Part shown: positions 1 through 10,582 of the stretch, piece by piece
How positions within the stretch are numbered: position 1 is the first letter of the stretch
Layout of the letters: each line of letters opens with the position of its first letter
Assembly: GCA_023227985.1 (NCBI GenBank)
Contig: JALOCB010000008.1
Coordinates: 1-62,230 of the forward strand
Source of the DNA: Candidatus Omnitrophota bacterium
GTDB taxonomy: Bacteria > Omnitrophota > Gorgyraeia > Gygaellales > Profunditerraquicolaceae
DNA length: 62,230 nucleotides
Direction: 5' to 3'
Position numbers and translations under genes: made by a program
Notes under the pieces: model-generated
Told to the model about the DNA's origin: nothing
The model's database searches: none
Seen by the model: the letters and a program-made list of their open reading frames with translations, nothing else

Positions 1-2793
1 GCTCAACACAACCGCCAGGCATTTATCGCATATCCGGTTGTGCGTGGGATCCCGTCCTACGGACTGTGAATAATTCCAACAGCGTTCGCATTTGGTTCCG
101 TCGGCCTTAAGCGCCTGAAAAGCGATATCGGGATAATTAGCGTCCGCCGCCGCCGAATGGTCGATAACCCCGGCGAGTGTTATATCAACACGCGAAACCT
201 TGAATATCTCGGGCAATTCCGCCTTCAGGCTGTCTAAATATTTATACCAGGATTCACTCTTTGTCAATACATTTATTTTAGCGTCGAAAGAACTGCCGAT
301 CATTCCGGATACGCGTTTGCCTTCCAACATCCCGGTAACAGTGGGAATAAGCCGCATAATATCATTAAATCGTTCGCAGTCGGCCTTATCCTGTTTTTGC
401 CCCGCGCGATCCCCGGCCATAACAGGCCAACCTGCAAGATGCACGCTGACCAACCCCTTATCAGTCTTTTCTTTCGGCATATGCATCCAGATATCCTCGG
501 CGGTGAACGCCAGTACCGGCGCCATAAGCCTGGTCAAAGAATTCACTACTGTATACAGAGCGGTCTGCGCCGCCCTTCTTTCCGGCGAGTCTTTGCCGGC
601 GGTATAAAGCCTGCCCTTGACCATATCCAGGTAATACATAGAAAGGTCCTCGTTGCAGAAATCATATATGCCTTTATAGGCCTTTTGGAAATCAAACTCA
701 TCATAACTGCGGCTGACCTGCGACTGGACTTCCTCCAGCCTGCGGATTATCCATTTATCGATATTCCGGAATGCATCAATGTCCGCCCGGCCCTGATCCG
801 GGTCAAAATCGTAAAGGTTGCTCAAAATGAACTTCGCGGTATTGCGGATCTTGCGGTACGCTTCGGAAAGCCGCAGGAGTATCTGCTCTGAGATCCGGAT
901 ATCCTCGTTATAATTGCTGGACGCGGTCCATAACCTGACGATGTCCGCGCCGGACTTTTTGATGATATCCTGCGGGGGTATCACATTGCCCATAGATTTG
1001 GACATCTTCCTGCCCTCGCCGTCAACCACGTGGCCGTGGGTCAGCACGGTTTTAAAAGGGGACTGCCCTTCAATGCATATAGCCGGAATAAGCGACGACT
1101 GGAACCAGCCGCGATGCTGGTCAGAACCTTCCAGGTACAATTCGCTGGGAAATCCCAGATAAGGCCTCTTGCGCAAAACCGCCTGATGGCTGACCCCGGA
1201 ATCGAACCAGACGTCGAGTATATCCACGCCCTTGGTGAATTCTTTACTGCCGCACTTGGCGCAAGCCAAACCTTGCGTCAGATAATCCTTAATATCACGG
1301 ATAAACCAGCAATCAGTGCCCTCATCAGCGGTGAACTGCCGGAATTTTTCAATAACGTTAAGGTCCAGTATTTCCTCGCCGCAGTTTTTACAGATCACCG
1401 ATGGGATAGGCACGCCCCAATAACGCTGGCGGGACAAACACCAGTCCGGCCGCAGGCCGACCATCGCCGAAATCCGCTCCCTGCCCGCCTCGGGGACAAA
1501 GGAGATATTGTCTTTTATCTCTTTAAGCACCTTTTTGCGCAGGTCGTCGTGGTCGATCTTCAGGAACCACTGGTTGGTCGCCCGGAAGATGATCGGTTTC
1601 TTGCAGCGCCAGCAATGCGGATAAGAATGCTGAAAATTCTCCGATAACAACAAATCGCCCTGGGCCTGAAGCTTTTCGATGATCAGTTTATTGGCGTCAT
1701 AGACATGCATGCCTTTAAATTCGCCGGCGCTCTCGTCAAAATTACCCCTTGTATCGACGGGCATAATGATCTCGAGTTTATACTTTAACCCGGTCATATA
1801 ATCATCAGCCCCGTGGCCCGGAGCAGTATGGACCAGGCCGGTCCCATCTTCATCTGAGACGTAATCCGCCAGGACGACCTTGCCTTTGCGCAGCCCGAAC
1901 GGGTGGTCATAAACCAGGCCTTCCAGGTCTTTGCCCTTGATCTCTCGAATAACCTCGTAATTAGCAATGCCCATTTTCCCCAAAACATGTAGCCGGACAT
2001 TGGCCACAACAAGATTCCCCTTATTTGTCTTTATATAGGAATAAACAAAATTCGGGTTGACCGCTACCGCCACATTGGCTATCAGCGTCCAGGGCGTAGT
2101 GGTCCAGATAACCAGGCAGCTCTCTTTCAAAAACGCCTTATTCTCTTCAAGCTTGAATTTAACAAAAACCGACGGCGAGGTATGGTCTTCATGTTCCACC
2201 TCCGCCTCGGCCAGGGCAGTCTCGCATTTATAGCACCAGTTAACCGGTTTTAAACCGCGATAGACATAACCATTCTTGACCAGGGTCGCGAAAGACGCCA
2301 CAATCCCCTCTTCGTATTCACGGCTTAAAGTCAAGTATGGATTATCCCATTCGCCCAAAACCCCCAGCCGCTTGAATTCCTCGCGCTGCAAGGAAACGTA
2401 TTTCATGGCGTAATCGTGCGCCTTTTTGCGGAACTCTACCAGGTCGATCTGGTACTTATTTATCTTGAGCTCCTTAAAAAGCGCGTGCTCTACGGGGAGC
2501 CCATGGCAATCCCATCCCGGCACATACGGGGAATCAAAACCGCGCATGGTCTTGTATTTAACCACAAAATCCTTGAGGGTCTTATTCAAGGCATGGCCTA
2601 TATGGATATTGCCGTTGGCGTAAGGCGGGCCGTCATGCAAAACGTATTTCGGTTTGCCTTGCGATTTCTTGCGGATCAAGCCGTATAGACCTTGTTCCTG
2701 CCATGCCTTGAGGAATTCAGGCTCGCGCCTGGGCAGATCGCCTTTCATCGGGAAATCGGTCTTGGGCAGATTTAAAGTGTTTTTGTATTCCAT
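1..2793 (-). CDS. ileS: Isoleucyl-tRNA synthetase, 3' end (C-terminus) runs off the window edge
   Basis: Not in the ORF track because there is no in-window stop. Hand translation of the minus strand from ATG at 2791-2793 gives [26 protein letters not shown]...[19 protein letters not shown] (HIGH-type motif), WDCHGLP, and KMSKSM encoded at 991-1008. A C-terminal zinc-finger-like CERCW...CDKC lies near positions 10-70. I scanned this frame from position 1 to about 1010 and saw no stop. Confidence 0.93.
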   Translation of the reverse strand, partial: MEYKNTLNLPKTDFPMKGDLPRREPEFLKAWQEQGLYGLIRKKSQGKPKYVLHDGPPYANGNIHIGHALNKTLKDFVVKYKTMRGFDSPYVPGWDCHGLPVEHALFKELKINKYQIDLVEFRKKAHDYAMKYVSLQREEFKRLGVLGEWDNPYLTLSREYEEGIVASFATLVKNGYVYRGLKPVNWCYKCETALAEAEVEHEDHTSPSVFVKFKLEENKAFLKESCLVIWTTTPWTLIANVAVAVNPNFVYSYIKTNKGNLVVANVRLHVLGKMGIANYEVIREIKGKDLEGLVYDHPFGLRKGKVVLADYVSDEDGTGLVHTAPGHGADDYMTGLKYKLEIIMPVDTRGNFDESAGEFKGMHVYDANKLIIEKLQAQGDLLLSENFQHSYPHCWRCKKPIIFRATNQWFLKIDHDDLRKKVLKEIKDNISFVPEAGRERISAMVGLRPDWCLSRQRYWGVPIPSVICKNCGEEILDLNVIEKFRQFTADEGTDCWFIRDIKDYLTQGLACAKCGSKEFTKGVDILDVWFDSGVSHQAVLRKRPYLGFPSELYLEGSDQHRGWFQSSLIPAICIEGQSPFKTVLTHGHVVDGEGRKMSKSMGNVIPPQDIIKKSGADIVRLWTASSNYNEDIRISEQILLRLSEAYRKIRNTAKFILSNLYDFDPDQGRADIDAFRNIDKWIIRRLEEVQSQVSRSYDEFDFQKAYKGIYDFCNEDLSMYYLDMVKGRLYTAGKDSPERRAAQTALYTVVNSLTRLMAPVLAFTAEDIWMHMPKEKTDKGLVSVHLAGWPVMAGDRAGQKQDKADCERFNDIMRLIPTVTGMLEGKRVSGMIGSSFDAKINVLTKSESWYKYLDSLKAELPEIFKVSRVDITLAGVIDHSAAADANYPDIAFQALKADGTKCERCWNYSQSVGRDPTHNRICDKCLAVVLS

Positions 2794-2794
2794 T

Positions 2795-3655
2795 TTATTT
2801 TATGTACTTTCCTATGATCGGTTTAAGGTCTTTTTTGGTCTTTGCCGGGACCGCTTTCGGGTCTGTGGCAAATGCGTACTTAAGCGCGTCGGCGCAATTA
2901 CAGCTCCTCTGCATTGGTATCTCCTGGATCAGCTTCTTGATCACCTTCTTGGAATTCTCCACATTAAGCCGGAAATTCTGGCTGACCATATCCATTGAAA
3001 CCTCTTCCCCGCTCTCGTACCAGCAATCGTAGTCGGTGATCGAGGCTAAAGTGACATAACAGATCTCCGCTTCCCTGGCAAGTTTGGCCTCGGCCATATT
3101 GGTCATTCCGATTATATCCATACCCCAGTTGCGGTAAAGGCGGGATTCCGCCTTGGTCGAAAACGCCGGGCCTTCCATATTTATGTAATTGCCGCCATTA
3201 TGCGCTCTCAGCCCCAGGGACTTCACGCAGTTATAGACCCTGTCCCTTGTGTCATTGCATATCGGGTCGCCGAAAGCGATATGCCCGACGACACCATTGC
3301 CGAAAAAGGTCATCTTCCTGGCCTGGTTGGTCCGGTCCACGAACTGGTCCGGCAGGACAAACTCAAGCGGTTTGAAATCCTCTCTCAGGCTCCCGCAGGC
3401 AGTCACTGAAATCATCTTGGATACGCCGAGTTTTTTCATGCCGTAAACGTTCGCCCGGTAATTAACCTCGCTGGGAAGTAAACGGTGATTTCTGCCATGG
3501 CGCGGGAGAAAAACAACCTCCTTGCCGCCAAGAGCTCCGATAATAAATTTATCCGAAGGCTTGCCGAACGGCGTGGCTAACGCCACTTCCTTTATTTTCT
3601 TGATCCCGTCAATGTTGTATAACCCGCTTCCGCCGATGATCCCTAACCTTGCCAT
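2795..3655 (-). CDS. mtnP: S-methyl-5'-thioadenosine phosphorylase (MTAP/PNP family)
   Basis: 286 aa. N-terminal [15 protein letters not shown], and the ITDYDCW block are typical of MTAP. Stop is 1 nt from the ileS start. Confidence 0.88.
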   Translation of the reverse strand: MARLGIIGGSGLYNIDGIKKIKEVALATPFGKPSDKFIIGALGGKEVVFLPRHGRNHRLLPSEVNYRANVYGMKKLGVSKMISVTACGSLREDFKPLEFVLPDQFVDRTNQARKMTFFGNGVVGHIAFGDPICNDTRDRVYNCVKSLGLRAHNGGNYINMEGPAFSTKAESRLYRNWGMDIIGMTNMAEAKLAREAEICYVTLASITDYDCWYESGEEVSMDMVSQNFRLNVENSKKVIKKLIQEIPMQRSCNCADALKYAFATDPKAVPAKTKKDLKPIIGKYIK

Positions 3656-3669
3656 ATGATGTTATCCTT

Positions 3670-4491
3670 TTATTTAGCCAATTCGCCTGCCCGTTTCAAA
3701 GCCGCCTGCGCCGCCTCTTCCCAGGTGCCTTGGGCGTGTAAAACTTTTAATGCGGCTTCTGTGGTGCCGCCTTTAGAAGCGACCTGCTTTGCCAGCTCGC
3801 CCGGCGCTATCTTTGTTATCCGCAGCACGCTCAGGCTGGCATTGACCGTGCCGGCTGCCAGAAATGCCGCGTCCTCGCGGTTAAAACCCACCGCTTCCCC
3901 TGCCCGTTCCAGCCGTTTCATCAGATCATGCCGGGTATGCTCCGGGATATTCAAAGGATCGATCTGGTTGCTATCGATAAAGTCAAAAACATACCCCGGG
4001 CCGCTGCCGGATATGGCGGTAACCGCGTTCATCATATTCTCTTCGACTACGCGGGTCACGCCCAGATACGAAAACAGGTCCTGGCTGAAAATAAGGTCAT
4101 CCTCCGAAGCGAACGCTCCCCGGGACAGGCAGGTGACCGACTCCCTGATCTTTGCCGCGAGATTCGGCATAACCCGGATCACCCTGACTTTGCCCAGGAC
4201 CTTTTCTATGTGTTTTGTAGTGATGCCGGCGGCGATGGAGATCACCAGCTGCGATCTCAAACATCCTCGGAGCTCTTTTAACGCGTGTTCAAAATCCTGG
4301 GGTTTTACCGCCAGGATCAGGGCTTCGCTTTTATTTACCAGACCCCGGATATCCGCGGCAGCTTTTATCTCCGGCCCTTTTACCGCCTTGGTTTTATCCT
4401 TATCAAAAACTAAAATATCGTATTGCGCGGCAATGCTTTCGGCGATCGCCGAGCCCATATTCCCATAACCTATAATGCCTATTTTATTCAT
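3670..4491 (-). CDS. proC: Pyrroline-5-carboxylate reductase
   Basis: 273 aa. N-terminal Rossmann motif IGIIGYGNMGSAI and C-terminal SKGGTTEAAL signature. Confidence 0.9.
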   Translation of the reverse strand: MNKIGIIGYGNMGSAIAESIAAQYDILVFDKDKTKAVKGPEIKAAADIRGLVNKSEALILAVKPQDFEHALKELRGCLRSQLVISIAAGITTKHIEKVLGKVRVIRVMPNLAAKIRESVTCLSRGAFASEDDLIFSQDLFSYLGVTRVVEENMMNAVTAISGSGPGYVFDFIDSNQIDPLNIPEHTRHDLMKRLERAGEAVGFNREDAAFLAAGTVNASLSVLRITKIAPGELAKQVASKGGTTEAALKVLHAQGTWEEAAQAALKRAGELAK

Positions 4492-4503
4492 AGTTTCCTC
4501 CCG

Positions 4504-5166
4504 TCATTGGAATATCGCCCGGCCGATCCTGACCATTGTGGAGCCCTCTTCCACCGCTACTTCAAAATCATCGGTCATCCCCATTGAAAGTATATCTAAA
4601 CCCGGAATCGTATCCTGAAGTTCCCTTAACTTCCGAAAATACGGTCTGACCTTCTCAGGGTCATCCACTGCCGGGGCTATGGTCATCAGCCCCAGAACCT
4701 TTATATTCTTCAAGCCGGCTATGGCCTTAACCAGGGCTTCTAATTCATCGGGCTTTACTCCGAATTTCGAAGCCTCCGCAGAGGTATTCACCTCGACCAG
4801 GATATCCTGGATCTTGCTGATCTTCGCCGCCTGCTTATCCAGCTCCGCCGCAAGTTTAAAACTATCGACCGAGTGGATAAGATCGAAGGTCTTTACTGCG
4901 TCTTTCGCTTTATTGCTTTGCAGATGTCCGATCATATGCAGGCTGACAGCCGAACGCCGCAAAACGGGATCCGCCAATTTAGAAAGAGCTTCCTGCACCT
5001 TATTCTCGCCTATAACCAAAACGCCTGAAGCAATAGCCTCATTGACCTGTTCTACCGTCCGGTTCTTGGTCACAGCCACCAGGGTAACCCCGGCAGCCGG
5101 CCTGCCTGACCTGGCGCAGGCTGACGCGATACGTTCCTTAATACCGGCAATGGCGTCAGGCATCAT
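4504..5166 (-). CDS. yggS: YggS-family pyridoxal-phosphate homeostasis protein
   Basis: 220 aa. LVAVTKNRTVEQ (PLP lysine region), HMIGHLQSNK and SMGMTDDFEVA blocks are characteristic of YggS/YlmE. Confidence 0.88.
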   Translation of the reverse strand: MMPDAIAGIKERIASACARSGRPAAGVTLVAVTKNRTVEQVNEAIASGVLVIGENKVQEALSKLADPVLRRSAVSLHMIGHLQSNKAKDAVKTFDLIHSVDSFKLAAELDKQAAKISKIQDILVEVNTSAEASKFGVKPDELEALVKAIAGLKNIKVLGLMTIAPAVDDPEKVRPYFRKLRELQDTIPGLDILSMGMTDDFEVAVEEGSTMVRIGRAIFQ

Positions 5167-5192
5167 TTTAACTCACGCTAAATTAAGATGTT

Positions 5193-5221
5193 ATTATACA
5201 AACAGACCTTTTCAAGGTCAA
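5193..5221 (-). promoter_or_regulatory. Sigma70-type promoter upstream of yggS
   Basis: The minus strand reads TTGACC, a 17-nt spacer, then TATAAT. The -35 is at 5216-5221 and the -10 at 5193-5198, 27 nt upstream of the yggS ATG. Confidence 0.55.
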
Positions 5222-5297
5222 CATAAAAAACCGCATAAAATTCGTTATAGACCGGAATAACGGCAGCTATTTTCATACTGCCTGATCACTTTTTTCA

Positions 5298-6551
5298 TCA
5301 GAAATATTCCCGGTATATCTCACTGGCTTTATAGATCAACCTGGCCAGAAGATTATTGGGATACGGCCCGGGCATAGCCGAGGTTTTGGGAAGATACCCC
5401 GGCAATCCCTTGGCGACCATCCCCATAGCCGTAACATAGGCAAGATATTTATGGCCGGATAGCTCCGGGTTATTATTGAGGAACCGCGTAAGCGCGGGGT
5501 GGGAGATCCTTCCTAATTCAACCGATATCCCCAGGATCGACTCCAGGCTTTCCAGGAATCCTTCCTGCTGCATCGTCTTTCCGGTAACGATGAAATTATT
5601 GATGTCGGAAAGATAAACGTTCTTCTCAACGGCATCCTTGATCGACTGGCACATTGACTTGGCCTTTGAGGTTATTATCTCGCAGACCAGCCGCTGTTTT
5701 ATCGGCCGATAATCATTGTCCCTGCGGATAAGCACTTCCTTGTCTTCCCGCATCAGGCTGCAGTTGCCGATCACCCCCTGCTCGACCTTGATATCTTCAG
5801 CCAGGCTTAACGGTATATTCAACGAATCCGCCAGGACAGTTGAGAAATCATTGCCGCCCATAGGGAATATCTGGAGGTTGCGCAGGATCCCGTCTTTGAA
5901 AATAAGCAGTTCGGTTATATCGCTGCCGAAGTCGCAGATAACATTGGTCCCGTTCTTAAGTTCCGGGGAAAAAATCGCCTCGCTGGTGGCCAGCCCTGAG
6001 AATGTCAGTTCTTTCGCCTCAAAACCGGCCTGGTTCAATACGTGGGTTATCGTCTGAACCGAAGCGAGTTTGGCGCAGATAAGAAAAAGGTCCACCTCCA
6101 GCCTGTGGCCGTAAAGCTCGATAGGATTGGCGATACCGCTTTTATGGTCCACCGCGTAACTGAAAGGTATCTGGTGGATTATCTCATCGTCGATATTCGA
6201 GCCTAATATCCTGGCCTGTTCGATGACCTTATCTATGTCGGTCGAGGTGATCACCTTGCTGCCGCGCTGCGCCAAGGGGATGACGCCCCGGCTGTGTTTG
6301 GTGATTATATCTTCTCCGGATATGTTCGTATATACCGACTTTATCCTGATCCCGGACCTGGCTTTCAATTCTTTGATGACCCGGCCTACAGCGTCAACCA
6401 GCTCTATTGAATCCACGATCGCGCCGTTCTTCACCCCGGCCGAAGGTTGAGTGGTGAAACACATACTGATTATCTCGCCATTCCTGATCTGGGCCAGGAT
6501 AGCCGATATCTTGCTCGAACCTATATCCAAGGCACAAATATAATTATTCAT
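5298..6551 (-). CDS. ftsA: Cell division protein FtsA
   Basis: 417 aa actin-fold protein. ALDIGSSKISAI phosphate-1 motif and a C-terminal amphipathic helix (LLARLIYKASEIYREYF). Sits directly after ftsQ. Confidence 0.9.
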   Translation of the reverse strand: MNNYICALDIGSSKISAILAQIRNGEIISMCFTTQPSAGVKNGAIVDSIELVDAVGRVIKELKARSGIRIKSVYTNISGEDIITKHSRGVIPLAQRGSKVITSTDIDKVIEQARILGSNIDDEIIHQIPFSYAVDHKSGIANPIELYGHRLEVDLFLICAKLASVQTITHVLNQAGFEAKELTFSGLATSEAIFSPELKNGTNVICDFGSDITELLIFKDGILRNLQIFPMGGNDFSTVLADSLNIPLSLAEDIKVEQGVIGNCSLMREDKEVLIRRDNDYRPIKQRLVCEIITSKAKSMCQSIKDAVEKNVYLSDINNFIVTGKTMQQEGFLESLESILGISVELGRISHPALTRFLNNNPELSGHKYLAYVTAMGMVAKGLPGYLPKTSAMPGPYPNNLLARLIYKASEIYREYF

Positions 6552-6561
6552 ACTCCCCTGT

Positions 6562-7410
6562 TCACATCCTCTCTCTGAACTTTATGACCGGTTCCTGGAA
6601 CCTGAGATCGATATAAGTTATGTTAGCCAGGTTATTCCGCACCTGGACAAGCAAATTAGCCAAGAGCCTGAGCTTGCCGTCAATGCCGTCCCGGCCGACC
6701 TTAATCTCCATCTCCCGGCTGAAATATGCTGAATTTTTCTCCTTAGTATAATCCGATTTCCCCGCCGGCACAAGGATAAAGATCGCCGCGCTGCTCAAGC
6801 TTGACACATCCACCCGGCTGATCCGGTAATTCCTTAACGCGGGGTTAGAGCCGGCTTTCTTGATTATATCCAGCGCCAGGCGCGCCTCCTCCGCCTCGAT
6901 CCTTCTGCCGTACTTGGCCCCAAAGACCTTACGCTCTATGCCGGATATCAACGGCGGATCAATGGCTTCGGCCGACGTATCCGCTGGCCTCTCGAACAGA
7001 ACCATATTTTCGTCGATATAAAAGAACCGCGAGGTTTTTATACAGGCCAACGCCTTGCGCTGCAGAAAATCCACGAATAACCGGTCCGGCAAGAACCGGG
7101 TTATCCATATTTTTTTATAATTAGGATAGGACCTGGATACGCGCGAGGCCTCCCGGGCCAGATCGATGGTAAAGATATTCCTGCCTTTCAGGTACGAAAA
7201 ATCCCCGTTCTCCTCCAGGGTGATGCTGTTGCCCTGGCGCAGGACAATCTCCTTTACCTTGAAATATTCCAGCCCCTTAAGCTGCTCATATCCGTAGATC
7301 AAAACCGCAATAACCGCCATACCGCAGATAAGCTTGATTACAGTCAATTTATCGAGCTTCATCTTTATGCGCGGAAAAGAAAAGGGGAATCTTAATCTAT
7401 TTTTTTTCAT
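6562..7410 (-). CDS. ftsQ: Cell division protein FtsQ (POTRA domain)
   Basis: 282 aa with a single N-terminal TM helix (LICGMAVIAVLIYGY) followed by a POTRA-like region. Occupies the conserved position between ddl and ftsA. Confidence 0.75.
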   Translation of the reverse strand: MKKNRLRFPFSFPRIKMKLDKLTVIKLICGMAVIAVLIYGYEQLKGLEYFKVKEIVLRQGNSITLEENGDFSYLKGRNIFTIDLAREASRVSRSYPNYKKIWITRFLPDRLFVDFLQRKALACIKTSRFFYIDENMVLFERPADTSAEAIDPPLISGIERKVFGAKYGRRIEAEEARLALDIIKKAGSNPALRNYRISRVDVSSLSSAAIFILVPAGKSDYTKEKNSAYFSREMEIKVGRDGIDGKLRLLANLLVQVRNNLANITYIDLRFQEPVIKFRERM

Positions 7411-8341
7411 AAGCCAACTCCAGCATCCTGACGCATAATTGCTTAAAATCGATCCCCTGGCTCCTGGCGGCTTTCGGCAAAAGGCTGGTAGCCGTAAGCC
7501 CGGGGATATTGTTCAGTTCCAGGACATAAGGGGTGTTTTCACGGCCGAGGATGATATCCACACGGGAACAACCGTAACAGCCTAATGCCTTGTGCGCGGC
7601 CAGGCCGCAGGCCTTCACCTTGCAACAGGTATCTTCGTCCAATTCAGCCGGGACGATATATTCAGTATCCCCGGACCTGTATTTGGCATCATAATCAAAA
7701 AACCTGGATTTGGGGATTATCTCGACCACTGCCATCGGCTCATCCCCCAGGATACCCACTGTCAACTCCCTGCCGTTTATATATTCCTCGATCAACACTC
7801 TGCGGTCCGCCGCAAAAGCCTCATCCAGCGCCTTGTCCAATCCTTCGCGCTGGTCAATGATCGACAAGCCTATGCTTGAGCCGTTCATCACCGGCTTGAC
7901 CACCCAGGGCAGCCCGAAATCACAGTTGCCGGCCTGCTCCCTGGCATTGGCTTTATCCGCCAAAAGAACAAACCTTGGGACTTTTAAGCCCGCCGCGATA
8001 AATATCCGGTGCGAGGCGGCCTTATCCATAGCCAGGCTGCTCGCCTTTGATCCGGAACAGGTAAAAGGGATATTCAATCCCTCCAATATCGCCTGGATCT
8101 TGCCGTCCTCGCCGAAATAACCGTGCAGGGCTATAAAAGCGCAGTCGATTTTATGCGACTTTACCAACCTGATATTCTCATCGGGATTATCCGTAAGTAT
8201 ATCGATAGGAACGAACTCCAGCCCTAATTCCCGAAGGCTGTCGCATACCCCTTTAGCCGATCTCAGGGATATCTCGCGCTCGGAAGACGGCCCGCCCATA
8301 AGCACGCCGATCCTGCCGAACTTTTTCGTATCTATTTCCAT
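7397..8341 (-). CDS. ddl: D-alanine--D-alanine ligase
   Basis: 314 aa. GGPSSEREISLRS, HGYFGEDGKIQ, the ATP-grasp core and LELNNIPGLT are classic Ddl blocks. Confidence 0.92.
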   Translation of the reverse strand: MEIDTKKFGRIGVLMGGPSSEREISLRSAKGVCDSLRELGLEFVPIDILTDNPDENIRLVKSHKIDCAFIALHGYFGEDGKIQAILEGLNIPFTCSGSKASSLAMDKAASHRIFIAAGLKVPRFVLLADKANAREQAGNCDFGLPWVVKPVMNGSSIGLSIIDQREGLDKALDEAFAADRRVLIEEYINGRELTVGILGDEPMAVVEIIPKSRFFDYDAKYRSGDTEYIVPAELDEDTCCKVKACGLAAHKALGCYGCSRVDIILGRENTPYVLELNNIPGLTATSLLPKAARSQGIDFKQLCVRMLELAYEKK

Positions 8342-9249
8342 ATTCTTATTTCCGTTTCAAGGTTTACTTTAAAATCTCGTTTTACCTGTTTTTTGATCAG
8401 AAGGATCAGGTTTAAAACATCTTTAGCCCTGGCATTTCCCAGGTTGATGATAAAATTGGCGTGTTTGAGAGAAACCGCGGCAGAGCCTATCTTTTTCCCC
8501 TTTAACCCGCTCCGATCGATCAACTTTCCGGCCGGTAGAGCGGCAGCCGCGGGATTCCTGAAAACACACCCGGCGCTGGGATACGAATAATCCTGATTCT
8601 GTCTGCGCCTGGCGATATATTCCCGGATTTCGCGCAGTATCCTCGTTTTATCCCTTTTGCGCAGCCTAAAAACCGCTTCCAATACTATATATCGGGAAAG
8701 CCCCGAATCGCGGTAAGCGAATTTTATCTCTTTTGCCTTAAGTTCTTTTATTTCGCCATTATAATCCATCACCCTGACGGTTTCAACCAGATCTGCGATA
8801 GTCCGTTCTCCTGTTTTACTATTTCCGCCCTTCACGGATATGCCGGCGTTCATAACCAGCCCGCCGCCGATAGTCCCGGGTATGCCGGCAAGGAATTCCG
8901 CGCCGGACAGGGATTTAAGCCGGCAAAAAGAAATGAATCTGCTTAATAAAACCCCGGCTCCTGCCCTTACCCTGCAACTACCTTCCAGGGATATCCTTTT
9001 GAACACAAAAGAATCCAGCTTTATGACCAGCCCTTTTACCCCTTTATCGCCAGCCAGTATATTACTTCCCGCTCCGATCACCCGCGCGCTTATCCGGGCA
9101 GCCTTGGCCAGGCGCACAATATCCCGCAGTTCCCGGGGATCATTCGCCTTGGCCAATAACTCCGCCGGTCCGCCGATCCTGAACGTGGTATAACCTTTTA
9201 ATGGCACTTTTCTTAGAATCTTACTTTTTAAGCCGTTGGGCCAATTCAT
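8332..9249 (-). CDS. murB: UDP-N-acetylenolpyruvoylglucosamine reductase
   Basis: 305 aa. TTFRIGGPAE and GAGSNIL FAD-binding motifs, and AGCVFRNP in the C-terminal domain. Confidence 0.9.
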   Translation of the reverse strand: MNWPNGLKSKILRKVPLKGYTTFRIGGPAELLAKANDPRELRDIVRLAKAARISARVIGAGSNILAGDKGVKGLVIKLDSFVFKRISLEGSCRVRAGAGVLLSRFISFCRLKSLSGAEFLAGIPGTIGGGLVMNAGISVKGGNSKTGERTIADLVETVRVMDYNGEIKELKAKEIKFAYRDSGLSRYIVLEAVFRLRKRDKTRILREIREYIARRRQNQDYSYPSAGCVFRNPAAAALPAGKLIDRSGLKGKKIGSAAVSLKHANFIINLGNARAKDVLNLILLIKKQVKRDFKVNLETEIRIWK

Positions 9250-10582
9250 CGCAGTTTTTTATGATATCCCCCGCTCCCAGGGTGACCACCAGGTCTCCCG
9301 GCTGCAGGGTTTTCAAGATATGCTCGGTTATTTTATCCTTAGGCAGGAATTCCAAAAATTTTCCCGGAGAACGGCGCCTTATCCGGTCACAGAGCGCAAG
9401 GCTGTCAACCCCTTCTATGGGCTGTTCGCCGGCGGGATAAATATCGGTGACTATTATGCAGTCAGCCAGGTCAAAGCTCGCGGCGAACTCATCCATCAGC
9501 ATCTGTGTCCGGGAAAACCGGTGCGGTTGAAAAACCGCGACCAGACGCTTAGACTTGAAATTCCGCAGCGCGGACAGGCTGGCCTTGATCTCCGTGGGAT
9601 GATGCGCGTAATCGTCTATAAGGGTATAATCCCCGTCGGTGAATTTCACCTCCAGCCTTCTGCCTGCGCCTTTATAACCGGCCAGCGCCCTTTTGACCAC
9701 CTCCGGGCTTATTTTCAATTCCATAGCCAGGGCGATCACCGAAAGGGCGTTGGAGATATTATGCGTTCCGCCAAGGGCCAGGCGAAAATGTTCCAGCGGC
9801 CTGCCGCGATAGAAACAGTCGAACTCCGAACTAAGGCCTTCCATTTTTATGTTCCCGGGGCGGACATCCGCGCCGTCCTCCAGGCCGAACATCACCCGTC
9901 TCTTCCCTGAGGCTGCCGCCAACGCCCTTAAATTAATGTCGTCGCTGCAGCAAAAGACGCATCCGTCCTCTTGGGTCTTATTTATAAAATCCCCGAAGGT
10001 CTGGATCTCATTAGAGAAATCTTTATAATAATCCAGGTGTTCCCGGTCAACGTTGGTGATTATGGAATATTTAGGCTGGTAATAAAGGAATGACCCATCG
10101 GATTCATCCGCTTCTGCAACGAAATAATCCCCGCATCCGCTTTCGGCGTTATTGCCGATATTCTTGAATATCCCGCCGATGGCCATAGTAGGGGAAAGTC
10201 CCGCTTCGAGAAGAAGATAGGCAACAAGCGACGATATGGTGGTCTTGCCGTGGCTGCCGGCGACCGTGATCACCGATTTATCCCGCATCAACTCAGCCAG
10301 CGCCTGCGCCCTTTTTATCAAGGGTATACCCAGCCTGCGGGCCTCCCGGATCTCAGGGTTATCCTCTTTTATCGCCGAAGAGTAAACTATAAAATCCGCG
10401 CCCCGGGTATTCTTCTCCTTATGGCCGATGAATACCTGCGCGCCGCTGCCCCTTAACTCACCGGTCATCCGGTTCTCTTTCAGGTCGGAACCGGTCACTT
10501 TATGCCCGCGGGAAATAAACAGCCGGGCGATCCCGCTCATCCCTATCCCGCCTATACCGATGAAATGATAATGTTTAATCAT
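9221..10582 (-). CDS. murC: UDP-N-acetylmuramate--L-alanine ligase
   Basis: HFIGIGGIGMSG N-terminus, GSHGKTTISS P-loop and DDYAHHPTEI. I place the start at MIKHYHF (10582) rather than the ORF-track start at 10612, which overlaps the upstream gene. Confidence 0.92.
   Translation of the reverse strand: MIKHYHFIGIGGIGMSGIARLFISRGHKVTGSDLKENRMTGELRGSGAQVFIGHKEKNTRGADFIVYSSAIKEDNPEIREARRLGIPLIKRAQALAELMRDKSVITVAGSHGKTTISSLVAYLLLEAGLSPTMAIGGIFKNIGNNAESGCGDYFVAEADESDGSFLYYQPKYSIITNVDREHLDYYKDFSNEIQTFGDFINKTQEDGCVFCCSDDINLRALAAASGKRRVMFGLEDGADVRPGNIKMEGLSSEFDCFYRGRPLEHFRLALGGTHNISNALSVIALAMELKISPEVVKRALAGYKGAGRRLEVKFTDGDYTLIDDYAHHPTEIKASLSALRNFKSKRLVAVFQPHRFSRTQMLMDEFAASFDLADCIIVTDIYPAGEQPIEGVDSLALCDRIRRRSPGKFLEFLPKDKITEHILKTLQPGDLVVTLGAGDIIKNCDELAQRLKK

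Noticed and set aside
3656-4468. Long plus-strand ORFs in the track, for example 3656-4468 (270 aa), 1030-1647, 18980-20104 (374 aa), 25015-25890 (291 aa), 42463-43095 and 52486-53109.
   Set aside because: Each lies wholly antisense to a minus-strand gene with strong family motifs. Their translations are low-complexity and rich in Ser, Arg, Pro and Leu, with no recognisable motif. Many 'start' at GTG or TTG with no SD. They are typical shadow ORFs of a moderately GC-rich coding strand.
5167-5297. Possible degraded ftsZ remnant between ftsA and yggS.
   Set aside because: The gap is only 131 bp with no ORF. It is accounted for by a consensus promoter and leader, so it is too short to hold a recognisable pseudogene.
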